Source of the DNA: Thermodesulfobacteriota bacterium
GTDB taxonomy: Bacteria > Desulfobacterota > BSN033 > WVXP01 > G020346125
Direction of reading: 5' to 3'
DNA length: 64,000 nucleotides
Assembly: GCA_041862515.1 (NCBI GenBank)
Contig: JBGVTJ010000317.1
Location: 1,890 to 65,889 of the forward strand
A program made the translations under genes and the position numbers. Shown here one piece after another: positions 38,742-48,881 of this stretch. How positions within the stretch are numbered: position 1 is the stretch's first letter; every line of letters starts with the position of its first letter. The notes under the pieces were generated by a model. It did no database searches. It was not told where the DNA came from and saw only the letters and a program-made list of their open reading frames with translations.

Positions 38742-40664
38742 TTATCTCAGAAATGCCCATATGATGAGCAGCAGGGCGATCAACCCTACAAATATCGCTC
38801 CGAAACCGGAGAGCTGCCCCCAGAGGTAGGTAAGAATGGCGGGGTGTTTGGCCTTAAAGGTTTCGAGTTTTCCCTCGGCGACTAGCCTATCATAGTGCCC
38901 CGGCCGATCATCGATGAATTCCACCTTGGGAAATCTCCCGGTGAAGATGCCCACGTCCAGAGGAAATTTCTCGGGTCTGAAATGGACGTTGAAAAAATGA
39001 GCGGTAAAAACATAACCGGCAGCCAGGAGGGCCTCGTCTGAATGGATGATATAGGCAATATTAAAGACCCATCCGGGGAGAAAGATCGAGAAGAAGTCGG
39101 GGAACCACAACATCAAGCCTGTAAGCCCTATGGCTAACATCCCCCAAAAAACCGCCAGGAAATCGAATTTCTCCCAGTAAGTCCACCGATCGAACCGAGG
39201 TTTGGGGCCCTTTCCGAAAAACCACTTGAACATTCCCTTCATATCCTTCACGTCCTGCCATCTCGGTGCCAGGGAGTCTGGACCGAAGAGTCTCTGTAAA
39301 GGATTCCCCTTCACATCCTTCCGGTAGAAAGTGAAATAAACGATATTCACCAAAACTGCGCCGAAGTAGGCGAAGGTAATGACCGCGCAGAATCGGTGAA
39401 TATCGCCAGCGATACGGGCTCCGCCAAACAACTTCACCAGCTCCTTGGCCCAGAGTGAGTGAGCGAATTTCAGGGGAAGGCCCGTCAAGACCAAGAGGAT
39501 AAAGGTTACCATCATGATGAAGTGGATGACGATGTCGAAGTTATCGAACCTCTGATAAATCTCCCCCGATTTTTCCACGTAAGGTGGCAGGTATTCCCCT
39601 GCTGCCCACATCTTCCTCTTCTCCCGATAGGCCCGTTGCCACCACATGATGGAGTGAAACCACCAGAAGGCAAAAACGGAAAGCAGTAAGGCTGTCATGA
39701 AGACGAAGGCAGAATAGAGGAAGGGATAGTTCTCCTTGTCGTAGTGATTGGCATGGGCATACCACTGCACGAAATTTGCATTGGCCTTGGTGTGACATTT
39801 GCCACAGGTTTCGACAAGCCTATTCTTGGAAATGGTCGAACTGGGATTGTCGGATTTCAAGGCGCTGTGGTAGCCATGGCAATCGGCACAACCCGCCACA
39901 AAGATAGGATACCCCAGGTATTCTACCTTGCCGTGATAGCTCTCCTCGTAGGTTTCGTTTGCGATGAGCACGACCTTATTGCGCCTCATCATCTCCTCAT
40001 CGGCATGGCATTTCTGGCAAACCGCCGTATGGAAGTTGCGCCGAAATTCGATGTTCTCAGGCTCCTCCCCCGACAGGATGGGGATTTTATGAAGCCCGTG
40101 ACAATCCGAGCAGTCCGCCGAGTCCCTGTTCCCAGCATAGACCGCTTCCCCGTGGATGCTTTCCGAATACCCATCATCATCGTGGCATATCGTGCACGTT
40201 TTGATTACCCTAGCTTTGTCATCCCCCCAGGGTGTGATTTCATGGATCTTCACATGGCAGTCCGGACACCTCACATCATTGATGAAGTGGGAGCTGGCGT
40301 AGTGTTCGGCCCCCTCGACTTTGTGGCACCGATGACAGGTGACCGACTCGGCTTGGATTCTTCCCCCCTTTGCCGTGTGTTCCTCGATATCAGTGATATC
40401 CCAGTGGCAGCTATTACAGGAATTGGCCCCGTGGACCGACTTGGCGAATTTGGTCTCATCGACAGTTTCATGGCACTCCAGGCATTTTGAGTTGTCGATA
40501 CATTCCAAACAGTACTCCCGCCCCCTGATTTTAAACTTCTTCTTGGCCAGCTCAAGTTCCTCATGGAATTTCAATTGCTGAGCGGAACTGGTCACGAGAA
40601 GGGAGAAAAGGGATAGGAAGAGGAGGAGAGATGAAAGAAAAGAAATCTTCAGTCTCGATCGCAT
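38742..40664 (-). CDS. CbcL-like inner-membrane quinol oxidoreductase: 9-haem cytochrome c + HydC/FdnI-type cytochrome b
   Basis: 640 aa; signal peptide; 9 CxxCH; C-terminal 4-5 TM His-containing cytochrome b domain. Confidence 0.85.
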   Translation of the reverse strand: MRSRLKISFLSSLLLFLSLFSLLVTSSAQQLKFHEELELAKKKFKIRGREYCLECIDNSKCLECHETVDETKFAKSVHGANSCNSCHWDITDIEEHTAKGGRIQAESVTCHRCHKVEGAEHYASSHFINDVRCPDCHVKIHEITPWGDDKARVIKTCTICHDDDGYSESIHGEAVYAGNRDSADCSDCHGLHKIPILSGEEPENIEFRRNFHTAVCQKCHADEEMMRRNKVVLIANETYEESYHGKVEYLGYPIFVAGCADCHGYHSALKSDNPSSTISKNRLVETCGKCHTKANANFVQWYAHANHYDKENYPFLYSAFVFMTALLLSVFAFWWFHSIMWWQRAYREKRKMWAAGEYLPPYVEKSGEIYQRFDNFDIVIHFIMMVTFILLVLTGLPLKFAHSLWAKELVKLFGGARIAGDIHRFCAVITFAYFGAVLVNIVYFTFYRKDVKGNPLQRLFGPDSLAPRWQDVKDMKGMFKWFFGKGPKPRFDRWTYWEKFDFLAVFWGMLAIGLTGLMLWFPDFFSIFLPGWVFNIAYIIHSDEALLAAGYVFTAHFFNVHFRPEKFPLDVGIFTGRFPKVEFIDDRPGHYDRLVAEGKLETFKAKHPAILTYLWGQLSGFGAIFVGLIALLLIIWAFLR

Positions 40665-40845
40665 CGGTGATATCCTGTATTTTGAAAAAAAAATTCACAA
40701 ATGAACCGGGAGACACTTAGCAAATATAATACCCTTTGTCAAGGGGAAATCTCAAGGCAAGCCCATTGTTCAAGCCATACAAAAGCATACGGATACTCTT
40801 GGTTGTTTCCCCAGTCCCAGTATCAAGAGATTAGATTCGCTCCGA

Positions 40846-41481
40846 CTATTCGAATTTCTTCTCCCCGGCCTTAATCTCCAAGTCGAAATTATTCTCCTCC
40901 GGAGGAATGATACAGATAAACTTCTCGTTATAAACACAGGAGGGGTTGTAGGCCATATTGAAGTCGAGGATCGTTCTATAACCCGGCATGATGATTTCTG
41001 CATCCAGGTAGCGTCCTCCCTCGTAGGTTCCATCTCCATTGGTCTTATCCCTGAAGGGGATGAAGAGGTGGTCGCTCCCGGGGGATTTATAGAGCTGAAT
41101 AGTGAATTCCTTGCCATTGATCTGAAATCGGAACCTTCCGTATCGAATGTATCTCTTCTTTATTCCCTTGTTGGTTAGGAAATTGGCGTAGTATTTCGGG
41201 TTCATGATGTGGTACTTATATCGTTCGATGTTTCCCTCGAGGCGATACTTCAGGTCAATGGGATAATAAGCCAACCCTTTAAAGTTACTACGGTGTGAAT
41301 CATCCAAAGGTGACCGAGAATGTTCCTTAAAAAATCGGTCCCTCCCCTCCCTAAAGTCCCTGATGCGCTGAATGTTCTGTTGGTCGGGTTTCTCCAGAGG
41401 ATGACCCAGTGCGCTCCAAAGGGATGTGATCATAAGAAGAAGGACCCCGGTGAAAAGCTTTGAGCCTAATCTCGCAACCAT
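40846..41481 (-). CDS. secreted DUF1684-like protein, paralogue B (family assignment tentative)
   Basis: 211 aa; signal peptide; conserved blocks shared with 33744..34400. Confidence 0.7.
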   Translation of the reverse strand: MVARLGSKLFTGVLLLMITSLWSALGHPLEKPDQQNIQRIRDFREGRDRFFKEHSRSPLDDSHRSNFKGLAYYPIDLKYRLEGNIERYKYHIMNPKYYANFLTNKGIKKRYIRYGRFRFQINGKEFTIQLYKSPGSDHLFIPFRDKTNGDGTYEGGRYLDAEIIMPGYRTILDFNMAYNPSCVYNEKFICIIPPEENNFDLEIKAGEKKFE

Positions 41482-41545
41482 ACTTCATCTCCTTCCTTAT
41501 TATATTTCCAGGAATCCGGATCTTGGTACCCTCGCAGCATAGACA

Positions 41546-43498
41546 TTATTGAGCCTTGAGGGCTATCTCCATCTTTTTTGAGAATTCTGCCGGGCTAATC
41601 ACCTCATAGAAACGGAGGTTTTCAATCTCCTTGCCTCGTTGATCAAGAAAGATGACCGTTGGAACACCCTTGATATGGTACCTGTCCATCAAAGATTGAC
41701 TCTTGGGTTGAGTCGAGTGGGTAAGATCAACCCGTAACGTTAAGAATTGTTTTGCTTTGGCAATAACTGGTGGGGATGCAAAAGTCCGTTGTTCCATTAT
41801 TCGACAGGGAACACACCAGTCCGCCGTGAAATCGATGATGACGGGCTTTGCCTGCTTCTTTGCCACTTGGATCAGCTCCTCATGGTAATCGAGCCATTGG
41901 ATGCCTTGCCGATGAAAGAAGAGGTGACCAGGTGCCAAAACGAGATACGAAGAAAGGCAGAGGCCGAAGATGCCCATACCCCTTTTAATACCTCGGAAGC
42001 CTCTTAAGCCCTTACCTGATCGTTCAACCCATCCCAAATATATCGAGCCCATGGCTGCAATGGAAACCTGCAGGAGCCAATAGAGTTCGCTGGAGATGAG
42101 ATACCGCAAGAAATAGACGGCCATTCCCAGCATAACGAATCCAAAAATCTTCTTCACCCAGACCATCCATTCACCGGAGCGCGGAAGCCTATTGAGACTT
42201 CCCGAGAGAATACCCAGGAAGACGAACGGGGTTCCCATGCCCACGGCCAAGACAAAGAAGGTCCAAAACCCGAGGACTGGATTCCCCCTCTGCCCAACGT
42301 AGGACAATAACCCAATGATAAAGGGTCCGATACAAGGGGCAGCAAGAATCCCCACGGTTAGGCCCATGAAGAGGGCCCCGAAGATCCCCTGCGATGATTG
42401 CCCGCCAATCCGGGTGAGAAAGGCTGGAATCCTGATTTCGTAGACACCAAACATAGAGAGGGATAAGCCCACGAGGACGCAAGCGATCAAGAGGAGGACG
42501 AGGGGATTTTGTAGCGCTGACCCGAATAGGCCTCCCGTCAAGGCTGCGACCGTTCCAAGTATGGAGTAGGTGATTGCCATGCCCAGAACGTAAGAGAGGG
42601 AGAGGACAAACACCCACCGTGAACTCCCTGCCCCTTGGGCAACGAAGAACCCGACGGTAATGGGGATGAGGGGATAAATACAAGGCGTCAGGTTGAGCCC
42701 CAATCCCGCCAGGAAGATGATAAAGAGGGAAAGGATACCTCCTCTTTGAAAGGGAATCGGGGAGCGAATATCTTGGGCTTTGGAAAAAATCGTCTCTCCT
42801 GGGGACTGGAAGATTTTGGCGTGGATGGGGCGGATCTCCGTTGCATCCTTGGTGATGGGGATCGAAGTCGAAAAGGCTGCTTCCATTGGAAGAAGACAAC
42901 TCCGATCATCGCAAGCCTGGTATTTTATTTTGCCCGAAATCCGGCTTTCCCCTGGGGCTGCTTCGGCGGAGACAGCGAGGTCTATAAAGACAAACACTTT
43001 GCCCTCATATATTTCCAGCTTTCCCTGGATAAATTCGAAGGTTTTGCGTTTGGGTTTCGGATAGTGCATCTCTTCCACTGTGAAGTGGGGATCCGCCTCC
43101 AGAACGACCTCTGTTGGAATGAGCGATGTTTCAAGGGGTTTATGGGCGTTAATGTGCCAGCCTTTTTCAATATCCAGTTGGAGGGCAACCCGTATTTCTC
43201 CACCCGAGAGGGCGCTGTTTTTCGACAAAAAAACCTTGGTTGAAAAGACCTTTGGCTGAGCATGGGAAGCGGTGGCCATGAAAAGGGCTAACAGGATTTG
43301 AATAATGGTGGCCCAATAGGACCCGGTTATACCCTTCATACGGGTTATGATCCCCATGAGAGGAAAAGCAACGGGAACTCCCTTCGCAATAGTGTAAGAG
43401 AAAGACTTTTGCGAGAAATGGATGATAAATCCAAAGATCCCAAATAGAAAACTTGTACTGAAATATAACAAAATAACAAAAACGATGAGCTTCGTCAA
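41546..43498 (-). CDS. dsbD: thiol:disulfide interchange protein DsbD (alpha domain - CcdA-like TM core - thioredoxin domain)
   Basis: 650 aa; TM-core Cys LTPCIYP and APCIGPF, C-terminal WCVPC thioredoxin motif; true start probably internal (signal peptide MKGITGSYWATIIQILLALFMATASHA). Confidence 0.88.
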   Translation of the reverse strand: MTKLIVFVILLYFSTSFLFGIFGFIIHFSQKSFSYTIAKGVPVAFPLMGIITRMKGITGSYWATIIQILLALFMATASHAQPKVFSTKVFLSKNSALSGGEIRVALQLDIEKGWHINAHKPLETSLIPTEVVLEADPHFTVEEMHYPKPKRKTFEFIQGKLEIYEGKVFVFIDLAVSAEAAPGESRISGKIKYQACDDRSCLLPMEAAFSTSIPITKDATEIRPIHAKIFQSPGETIFSKAQDIRSPIPFQRGGILSLFIIFLAGLGLNLTPCIYPLIPITVGFFVAQGAGSSRWVFVLSLSYVLGMAITYSILGTVAALTGGLFGSALQNPLVLLLIACVLVGLSLSMFGVYEIRIPAFLTRIGGQSSQGIFGALFMGLTVGILAAPCIGPFIIGLLSYVGQRGNPVLGFWTFFVLAVGMGTPFVFLGILSGSLNRLPRSGEWMVWVKKIFGFVMLGMAVYFLRYLISSELYWLLQVSIAAMGSIYLGWVERSGKGLRGFRGIKRGMGIFGLCLSSYLVLAPGHLFFHRQGIQWLDYHEELIQVAKKQAKPVIIDFTADWCVPCRIMEQRTFASPPVIAKAKQFLTLRVDLTHSTQPKSQSLMDRYHIKGVPTVIFLDQRGKEIENLRFYEVISPAEFSKKMEIALKAQ

Positions 43499-43601
43499 TT
43501 TTAGGAGCAGGTTGTATTAAAAGAGACGGGAGATCATACCATGGTTGACGCCTAAATTCTCACGAAGGAACCGTACACTCGGCACGAGAAAAACATTTCC
43601 G

Positions 43602-43629
43602 TTGACAAAAGGACAGAGGTTTTATAAAA
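43602..43629 (+). promoter_or_regulatory. candidate sigma-70-type promoter for mltD-like gene (TTGACA-N15/16-TATAAA)
   Basis: ccgTTGACAaaaggacagaggtttTATAAAagg ~70 nt upstream of ATG 43702. Confidence 0.35.
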
Positions 43630-43701
43630 GGTTTCACGAATATGGCCTGGAAATTGCTTCAATTCTTTGGTAAAAGGATGCAATGAGAAAGGAAACGTGG
43701 A

Positions 43702-45396
43702 ATGAAGAATTTCCTTATAGTAGGATTGGTGCTCCTTTTGATGGGCTGCTCAAATATCGTTCAACTTCACAAGGGAACCAAGGATGATAAACTAACAAGG
43801 GAATCTCCATCATACCCAGGGGAGACTGCCTCAAATCTGGGGGAAATTTTCGGTATGCCCACAGATGAGATAGTAGAGCTCCTTCAGGTAAGCGATTTTC
43901 TCCCTTCGAATCAGACTCTTGAAGGAGGAGAAGGAGAGTGGCAGGAACTCATTGTTGGCATTCCCGGTCCCCCCTTGGATGACCAAGTTCGTGCCTTCAG
44001 TGAACCGGATTTGCTTCCCATGGAACAAGGGCTCTTCGGGGGAGAAATGGAGGTTCAGCTTTCCCCCGACTTCCCTGGGGAAGATGAAGACAAACCCGTC
44101 CTAGAGGCGGAAACACACTTTCAAGATCAAGTTCCATCCCAGGAAGATGAGGCTGTCCGGGAACCCGTCTTCGATATCCCGATCATCATCAACGGGAAAG
44201 TGGAGCAGTTCATCAAATATTACCAGACCAAGGGACGGAAGGTCTTCAGTCGTTGGCTCGCACGATCAAGGAGGTATATCCCCTTGATGAAAAGACTCTT
44301 GAGGGAGAAGGGGCTGCCCGAGGATCTGGTCTATCTGGCCTTAATCGAAAGCGGGTATAATCCCCGTGCCTATTCGAGGCGAAAGGCTATGGGCCTCTGG
44401 CAGTTCAGGTATCAGACGGGAAAGCGGTACGGGCTGAAGGTTGACTGGTGGATCGATGAGCGGAGGGATCCGGTGAAATCAACAATCGCTGCCGCCAGAT
44501 ATCTGAAGCATCTCTACGATCGGTTTGAATGCTGGTATCTGGCGGCAGCCGGCTACAACGCCGGGGAGGGAAAGATCCTGAGGGCCATCAAGCGATACAA
44601 GACGGAGGATTTTTGGGAATTAACCAGGTATCCGTATTTGAAAAGGGAGACGAAAAACTTCATCCCCAAAATGATCGCTGCCGCTCTGGTCGCCAAGAAT
44701 CCGGAGGACTATGGTTTTTCAGACATTGCATACGAAGAGCCGATTCGTTTTGAAACGGTGAAGGTGCCCGATGCCACGGATTTACGGGTAATTGCCGCGG
44801 CATCAGAATCAACCTATGAGGAATTGAAACGCCTCAACCCAGAGCTGAGGAGGTGGTGTACTCCGCCCAATTATCCGGATTACGAGCTGAAACTTCCGGA
44901 TGGGAAAAAGGAAATCTTCTTGGAGAACTTCTCCAAAATCCCTCCTTCAAAGAGAATAACGTTCCGGAGGCACGTGGTTCGCTCCGGTGAAACCCTCTCT
45001 CACATCGCCCTTCGATACCGAACCGATATTGGGGCTATCATGAGGATGAACCGTATTAGAAACCTGCACCGCATTAGGGCCGGGCGATCTCTCATCATCC
45101 CTATCAGGGGAAGCGACAAATTCGAGAGGGGGATGATGGCGGAGAGGTTGTATCAGGGGAGGGATCTCTTTGACTACGAGGGGCAGGCTTTTATTTATAC
45201 CGTAAGGGAGGGTGATACCCTCTGGGATATTTCGCGTTCTGCCGGGATCGCTGTTGAAAGCCTCTGTCGCTGGAACGGAATTCAAAACGCCAGCAGGATT
45301 TACCCCGGAGATAAGCTAAAGATACCTGCTGACGACACATCCACCCCCTCGGGAACCGAGGGGAAAATCCCGTCTGCGAGAAATCCCGAGGGATAA
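43702..45396 (+). CDS. mltD: membrane-bound lytic murein transglycosylase D-like lipoprotein (SLT domain + 2 LysM)
   Basis: 564 aa; lipobox LLLMGCS; SLT motif ESGYNPRAYSRRKAMGLWQF; two C-terminal LysM repeats. Confidence 0.85.
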   Translation: MKNFLIVGLVLLLMGCSNIVQLHKGTKDDKLTRESPSYPGETASNLGEIFGMPTDEIVELLQVSDFLPSNQTLEGGEGEWQELIVGIPGPPLDDQVRAFSEPDLLPMEQGLFGGEMEVQLSPDFPGEDEDKPVLEAETHFQDQVPSQEDEAVREPVFDIPIIINGKVEQFIKYYQTKGRKVFSRWLARSRRYIPLMKRLLREKGLPEDLVYLALIESGYNPRAYSRRKAMGLWQFRYQTGKRYGLKVDWWIDERRDPVKSTIAAARYLKHLYDRFECWYLAAAGYNAGEGKILRAIKRYKTEDFWELTRYPYLKRETKNFIPKMIAAALVAKNPEDYGFSDIAYEEPIRFETVKVPDATDLRVIAAASESTYEELKRLNPELRRWCTPPNYPDYELKLPDGKKEIFLENFSKIPPSKRITFRRHVVRSGETLSHIALRYRTDIGAIMRMNRIRNLHRIRAGRSLIIPIRGSDKFERGMMAERLYQGRDLFDYEGQAFIYTVREGDTLWDISRSAGIAVESLCRWNGIQNASRIYPGDKLKIPADDTSTPSGTEGKIPSARNPEG

Positions 45397-45768
45397 TCTA
45401 TGTCGGAGTGAATGAGAGCGGCTTTCCATATTAATTCCTAATAGGTTGTTGCGCAAATCCCCCTGCGCTCACGAGAGGATTTTTTGACCATTCTCAAGCT
45501 CGCTTAGGCCAATTGAGCCCTCACGCGCCATTTCATGTCCTGGTTTACCCTTCGGTGGCAAACGGGGAAGAGTGTTCCCCTTTCCCCTCGGTAGGAATGA
45601 TTCCCAGGAATTCTTTCATATTCTTTCTGATGGTATAATGTCTCATCGGCAGCCTTTACGGTGGAGGTGAATCGGACCGCCACAGGGGTCCAGGTCATCG
45701 GCCGGGGTACCTGCACCCTTTCCTAAGAACCCGAATGAACCACGTGTCGGTCAAACCAACGGCATCGG

Positions 45769-47496
45769 ATGGAAAGAATTACGATGGGCGATCTGGAGGA
45801 GGGGATTAAAGCCGCCCGGGGAGACAAAAGGGTTAATCTCGTCTTGAAAAATGCAAACCTGATCAATGTCTTATCCGGAGAAATCTATCCCGCGGACGTG
45901 GCCATACATGGAGATACCATCGTGGGCATTGGTCACTATGAGGCGGAAAGGGAAATGGATTTGGGTGGGAAATTCCTCTGTCCCGGGTTCATAGACGCCC
46001 ATGTTCACATCGAAAGTAGTATGGTGATCCCTCCCGAATACGCCAAGGCAGTGGTTCCCCGGGGTACGACTTCCGTCATCAGCGACCCCCATGAGATTGC
46101 AAACGTGATGGGGATCGAGGGCATAACCCTCATGGCCGAGATGTCAGAGGGAATTCCCCTCAATACCTATATTATGCTCCCCTCCTGCGTCCCCGCGACG
46201 GAGATGGAAACCTCCGGGGCACGGCTCGATGCCCGGGATTTGGAAGGATTGGTGGATAAGGGGTGGGTGCTGGGCTTGGGGGAAGTAATGAACTTTCCCG
46301 GTGTGATCCAGTGCATGCCCGATATGCTGGAAAAAATTGAGATGGCCTCGGGAAAACCCATCGATGGCCATGGGCCTGGCCTCACGGGAAAAGACCTGGC
46401 TGCTTACATTACCGCCGGCATTCGGTCGGACCACGAATGCACGAACCTGGAGGAGGCCAGGGAAAAGCTTCGCAATGGGATGGCAATTCTGATCAGGGAA
46501 GGATCGATGGCCAAAAACCTGGAAGACCTCCTTCCCCTGGTGACCTCGGAAAATGCCCGGAGATGCCTCTTCGCATCGGACGATCGGCACCCCGACGACC
46601 TCATGGAGGAGGGGCATTTCGATTTCATCCTTCGCAAATCCATTGGGCTTGGATTGAAGCCCATTACGGCGATTCAGATGGCCACCATCAATGTGGCCGA
46701 GATTTATGGGCTAAGGAATGTGGGGGCAGTTGCCCCCGGATTTAGAGCGGACCTCGTCGTCCTCGATGATTTGGAATCATTCATCATTGACGGTGTCTTT
46801 AAGGATGGGAGACTGGTAGCCCAGGGAGGGAAGATGTTGCCCGGGATCATATCCCCCAAAGAGATCGAGATGAGAAATACCGTGAAGGTGAGGTCCATTA
46901 GCCCAGGGGCGATAGCGATAAGGGCGCAAGGACCCCTGGCCAAAATCATCGAGATCATCCCCGGTCAGCTCATTACGAAGGCAGTCGTTGAACCGGTAAC
47001 CATAAGGAATGGGAAAGCAGAAGCGGATCCGGAACGGGACATCCTCAAGGTGGCCGTTTTCGAAAGGCATACTGCTTCGGGGAACATCGGGCTGGGTTTC
47101 GTGAGGGGCTTTGGACTTACGGGTGGGGCCATGGGTTCTTCTGTAGTTCATGACGCCCACAATATCGCTGTCGTCGGAGATAACGATATTGATATGGCAA
47201 TGGCTGCGGGAGAAATAGCGAAGATGGGAGGTGGCCTCGTCATTGTTCAAGGTGGGAAAATTTTGGGGTCTTTGGCGCTTCCCATAGCCGGGCTCATGTC
47301 CGATAAGGGCATCGAGCATGTGGGGAAACGACTGAAGTTTATGAGAAAAATTGCCCGAGACATGGGATGTAGACTGGGAGATCCCTTTATGGCCCTCGCC
47401 TTCTTATCCCTTCCCGTAATTCCGGAACTCAGGGTCACCGACCGAGGATTGGTTGACGTCAGTCAATTTCGGATCGTCCCCCTTTTCGGGGAGTAA
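45769..47496 (+). CDS. ade: adenine deaminase
   Basis: 575 aa amidohydrolase, GFIDAHVHIESS motif, length typical of Ade. Confidence 0.85.
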   Translation: MERITMGDLEEGIKAARGDKRVNLVLKNANLINVLSGEIYPADVAIHGDTIVGIGHYEAEREMDLGGKFLCPGFIDAHVHIESSMVIPPEYAKAVVPRGTTSVISDPHEIANVMGIEGITLMAEMSEGIPLNTYIMLPSCVPATEMETSGARLDARDLEGLVDKGWVLGLGEVMNFPGVIQCMPDMLEKIEMASGKPIDGHGPGLTGKDLAAYITAGIRSDHECTNLEEAREKLRNGMAILIREGSMAKNLEDLLPLVTSENARRCLFASDDRHPDDLMEEGHFDFILRKSIGLGLKPITAIQMATINVAEIYGLRNVGAVAPGFRADLVVLDDLESFIIDGVFKDGRLVAQGGKMLPGIISPKEIEMRNTVKVRSISPGAIAIRAQGPLAKIIEIIPGQLITKAVVEPVTIRNGKAEADPERDILKVAVFERHTASGNIGLGFVRGFGLTGGAMGSSVVHDAHNIAVVGDNDIDMAMAAGEIAKMGGGLVIVQGGKILGSLALPIAGLMSDKGIEHVGKRLKFMRKIARDMGCRLGDPFMALAFLSLPVIPELRVTDRGLVDVSQFRIVPLFGE

Positions 47497-47643
47497 CATC
47501 CCCGGACAAAAGAAAAAACGATATGAGCGGATAAGTCGATTAGGAAATGGTTCCCCGAGGGGGTTAATACTCTCCGTGAATGTATCCGAGTGACATGCGC
47601 AATACCCCGGGAAACGAGATGCCAGGAGCCCGCCGTTAAGACG

Positions 47644-48333
47644 TCAGCGATCAGTGGCGTCCTTCGCCTTTTTGAAGGCCTCTTCGGCCTTGGATCCTTC
47701 GCCGATGCCATCGTAAGCAGTACCCAAATGCCGGTATACCTGGCCGAGAAGGTCCGACTGTGTTTCATCAAAAAAGGGGATGGCCGTCTCCAACACTCCG
47801 ATAGCTTCCCTGTACCTGTGCTGCTTTAGGTAGATGGCCCCCAGGGTATCAAGGTAATATCCCCTGTGTTCCGGGGTCAATTCCATTGCCCTCGATATCA
47901 GGCTTTCCGCCTTTTTGAGCTTCTTCCCCTGGGAAAGGTAGACCCAACAGAGGTTATTGTAAAGGTCGCCATTTCGTGGTGACACTTCGATGGCCTTTTG
48001 GTAGTACCTCTCCGCTTGACCGTAAAGGCCCATTACGTAGGAGAGTTCCCCCAGGCGGGTCATTGCTGGAAGGAAATGTGAATCCTTGTTCAAGGCCATT
48101 TCATATTCCCTCAGAGCCAATTCCGGCTCCCCCCTGTTCTCATAGATGGACCCCAGGGTGAAATGTTCCTGCGCCGACAATGGATCCTCTCCCCGGTCCT
48201 TAAAGCCAACATGACCGCATCCCGCAACCATCATGAAAAAAGGGATGACTATGAGGAGGTTGGCAGATTTAATGAATCCCCAGCTTCCCTGTTGGGAAGG
48301 ATGAGGAGGGTCCAGTAGTCCATCCGTGCCCAT
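47644..48333 (-). CDS. TPR-repeat lipoprotein (PA2778-cluster partner)
   Basis: 229 aa ORF; lipobox MVAGC; multiple TPR repeats; 5' end overlaps upstream peptidase ORF so real start may be internal. Confidence 0.75.
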   Translation of the reverse strand: MGTDGLLDPPHPSQQGSWGFIKSANLLIVIPFFMMVAGCGHVGFKDRGEDPLSAQEHFTLGSIYENRGEPELALREYEMALNKDSHFLPAMTRLGELSYVMGLYGQAERYYQKAIEVSPRNGDLYNNLCWVYLSQGKKLKKAESLISRAMELTPEHRGYYLDTLGAIYLKQHRYREAIGVLETAIPFFDETQSDLLGQVYRHLGTAYDGIGEGSKAEEAFKKAKDATDR

Positions 48334-48881
48334 GATCTCAAGAATCTTTCATAGGAGACGATCTTATTGATTCGCTTCCCCGAGTGGAGAATAAGGATTC
48401 CTTCGGCATCGTCGTAACCGATGGCCACCGAAAAATGCCGTATCTGAAGGAGAGGGTACCCCAAATCCTGGAAGACGATGAGCGGACGATCCTTCGAAAT
48501 ATGGCCCTTTAAGTCGGATATGCTTCCCCTGTAGGCCCTGGCATCAAACCCCATCCTTCGGGCAAAAAGGATCATGTCGATGCTGAGGGTTCCCTTTAAC
48601 GGTTTCTTGTAAATCGCCTCCACAATCGTCCCTTGAGTTACTCGGCATCCGTAGTAATTGAGGACGCTGGCTAAGGCTGCGGGACCGCATTGATACTTGG
48701 ATTGGGCGAAAAAGGGGACACCGGAGATGTAATGTCTAGTTGCAGGGTCTTCGGGACCCGCCTTCCCGACTGGAACGAGGCCTTGCCGAGCGCAACGAAG
48801 GAAAATGAGGCCCAGCAGGATCGTGAGAAAAAGGGCCCTTCTCATCGTTCCGTGGCGACCGAGGGCCTCAGAAATTACCAT
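48249..48881 (-). CDS. C39-like (papain-fold) cysteine peptidase, PA2778-family-like
   Basis: 210 aa; catalytic-Cys region SKYQCGPAALASVLNYYG; signal peptide from MRRALFLTILL (probable start 48845). Confidence 0.75.
   Translation of the reverse strand: MVISEALGRHGTMRRALFLTILLGLIFLRCARQGLVPVGKAGPEDPATRHYISGVPFFAQSKYQCGPAALASVLNYYGCRVTQGTIVEAIYKKPLKGTLSIDMILFARRMGFDARAYRGSISDLKGHISKDRPLIVFQDLGYPLLQIRHFSVAIGYDDAEGILILHSGKRINKIVSYERFLRSWARMDYWTLLILPNREAGDSLNLPTSS

Noticed and set aside
45640-45768. Possible purine or ZTP riboswitch in the ~130-nt leader of adenine deaminase
   Set aside because: Conserved cores (purine: ...UUUCUACC...CCGUAAAU...; ZTP: UGACUGGCG...CCGCCUGGGCA) are not present. 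Only a TATAAT-like -10 at 45634..45639 was seen.
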